64,000 bases of DNA. Origin: Antedon mediterranea (lineage: Eukaryota > Animalia > Echinodermata). Under the pieces are notes generated by a model. The model made no database searches, was not told where the DNA came from, and was given only the letters and a program-made list of their open reading frames with translations. The DNA lies in assembly GCF_964355755.1 (NCBI RefSeq), contig NC_092672.1, positions 27,286,437 through 27,350,436 on the forward strand. Reading direction: 5' to 3'. How positions within the stretch are numbered: the first letter of the stretch is position 1; every line of letters starts with the position of its first letter. Made by a program: the position numbers and the translations under genes. Positions 61,297 to 64,000 of this stretch are shown one piece after another.

Positions 61297-64000
61297 CTTC
61301 AAGCAGTTCTGAAAGGAAATGAGTTTAATTTACTGCCACAGCTCTTATGTATGTAGGTAGCCTAGGCTAGTCCTACGGCCGGCTAGGCAAGGGCCAAGGC
61401 GCGGCCTAGCTACCTAGTAGTAGGCCTAGGCTATGCCTAAAAAATAGTAATATGTAGCAAGAATATCCTTAAACAGAACTATTGATTAATAAAGCCTTTA
61501 AAAAGTAATTTACCAATCACTTTTCACTCACTGGGCCTAACACTAACTAGCTCTCCGATCGATCCGCCATTAATTCTCCTCAAAGCTTCACCGTGATGTC
61601 ATCGTTACCAGGCTACATAAGTTGAGGGCGTTAGTCAATCAAGCAGATTTCGTGCAATTTAATTTATTAACAAAATGTTTTATGCAACGAATTACATTAT
61701 TGCATTGTTTAGAGTTTAATACTTTCAAATTTATGTTCATGTATGTTACTGGAACAGTTTTAATTAATTTAAACCCTTTCAGTTAAATGCAAAAAATACT
61801 TTTAAAAATGTCTAGTCCCTATAATTAGGCTTCCCACGCGGTTCCTCTTTTTACTGATGGTGTTCAGTATTAAAACAGCACATTACAAGTTATAATTAAT
61901 GTTGCTTATATTTTAATTATTTGAACCAGGTGCTAACATTATAGGCCTAAATGATTAAGTGAAAAAAAAGTCCCGCAAAAAAGTATTATAGGCGGATGGT
62001 TTGATAAAGCTGATAATGATATTGCAATAAGTCGTAGAAAAAAATTAACGCACGAAGTTCATGTATTGTCCCTTTGTCAAATTCCAAAAAAATAAAAAAT
62101 AAAAGATTTCGAAAAAAGTGGGTCATTTTGAAGTATCATAATAGTTATTAACTTTCACAAAAAATTTGTCGAAAAAAAATATCATTTAACTGAAATACAG
62201 ACGTTTTTTGGTTCAAAAAATTTGACTTCCAGTCAAAGTTTTCAATCAAAACATACCTCATACAGCAACGCGCTTATTTGGCTACTCTGTATGCATACTC
62301 ATAAAACTTCCTCGCGATCTGTGTGAAAACACCTTCTCAACCGTGACGAGTTGTAAACAATCCTAATCAGCATATGCAGAATGCGTACTTGTGGTTTGAA
62401 ATCTTTGTTTACTTTCGCTCGCGACGATTTTCCAGACGAAATGTAATCAAACTAATTTAACTGTTAATTACGTAAACTTGTTGCTTTTGACTCGAATTTT
62501 CGACTTAAAGTGAATAACTTTAATATTACTTTGATATGGCGAATTAAAATTTAGAATATTTTGACCTTCATTTTTTTGTGTTTGAAGGGACAATACATCT
62601 TTAAAAGAATAGATAAAGATAATGCACTTCAGAATTTCTTTGGAAAAATTATCTGGAAAAACGTGCCTATACTTAAGTTGCTAATAAAGGTGGACCAAGG
62701 GGTAAAAACTTATGGAAGCCGAAGTTCAAAACATAAACAGGCCGGGGTGGTCAGTTTTATTAAACACCTAAAACACACGGGAAACGCTAGGAAAATGCAT
62801 GCCTATAGGCCTATGTCTGATTGCACTACTTACTAAAACGTCAAGGTGTACGCTCATAACTAGATTTAATTCGTCACTATGACGAATTATAGGTTATAGG
62901 CCTATAATGCATTGATTTAAATTAAGATAATTAATTTTTAAAAGTTATTTTGATTGATTGCTTGATTTTGTCAGAATCTTTAATTATTTATAACATAGGA
63001 TCTTGCTAACGCAAATACAATAGTCGGTACCACAATCCGATCAAAGATCCCTCTGCGTAAAATGTCATAAACCACATAATAATAAAGACATAAAATGGCC
63101 CTAAGTTATTTTTTCTCTAGATTTCATTTTAAATCATGGATATAATCTATAGGCCTACACTAAGAAATAAAATTGAACAAACAATACGGATGATAAAAAA
63201 AAATTATTTTGTTTCGTTTCCCAAGGTGAAACTCGATCTCGGTACCTTGAATGCTATATAGGCCTAGCCGCGATAATCACAGACCACCGAGCTACACACA
63301 ATTCTGAATGAAAGTTGAAGATCAGAAAGATTCTCCGTGTATTTTTCTATGCAGTAGTAGGCCTAGTATAACCACTTTGGTGGAGATAGATTATACACCG
63401 GAAGAAGAAGGTTAATGTTAAGTTTGTATGTATTCAATATGCAATTAATAATGACGTAATCAACGTTTTCCTCTTAATTTCATAATAACTCATAAAATAG
63501 ATAGGGGTTCCCGAGCATTCTGACGATCTATATTTAATTTCAAAATTTAGCATAATTTTCACCATTTTGTTAACTTACACGTGCGTAGCCTGTTACATAT
63601 CTGACGTTAGGGCCTACTCGTATAACGCAATTTGTTGAAAGCAGTGGTGGCTGCAGGATCTCCGACACGGGGGATAAATTCCCAGACGGTGTGTGGGGGG
63701 GGGGGGGGAGGCATTAGCGTAATTTGAGGCCGTTTTAATCAGATTTTGGGTAGCCAACTTTATAATAAACATTCGGAATTATGACCTTCTGGCCTTGTCC
63801 GTATGTCATAATCACTATCGGAAGAGCCTAAATCCGTTTGAGCACATATTTAAACGCATGCGCACCTAATGTATGTAATGTGATTAATGGACACTGCCAA
63901 GTTCGATTATCTATATTATCTGATTTGTGTTTTGATTATTCACCATTTCCTTTAGTTTGTTGACTTGACAACAAACGTGATGACCTTATTTGGTTATTTA

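Overview
AT-rich, intron-containing animal genomic DNA, probably an invertebrate deuterostome (an inference from gene content). Host genes, left to right: a disrupted NACHT-LRR (NLR) gene, a PTCHD3-like patched/SSD gene with one in-frame TGA, CDCA3 (-) head-to-head with a 21-exon USP5 (+), and a 6-exon uncharacterised multi-pass membrane protein gene (-). Many interspersed repeats are present: Helentron/DINE-like elements, TTAA-flanked Kolobok-type and TTA-flanked MITEs, RTE and Penelope fragments. There is also a 362-bp tandem array of tRNA-like genes with an ATC anticodon. The standout is a 10,885-bp DNA transposon (44166-55050) in the last intron of USP5. It has CATG-terminated TIRs and a TA target duplication; removing it restores a Penelope GIY-YIG reading frame. 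It carries two apparently intact genes. One is a 5-exon Tudor/chromo-barrel-like gene. The other is a 1807-aa ORF that appears to fuse a USP-type deubiquitinase, two Bro-N-like repeats, a RAG1/Transib-like DDE core, and IQ, BRCT and HMG-box-like domains. All domain calls are by eye and need profile searches.
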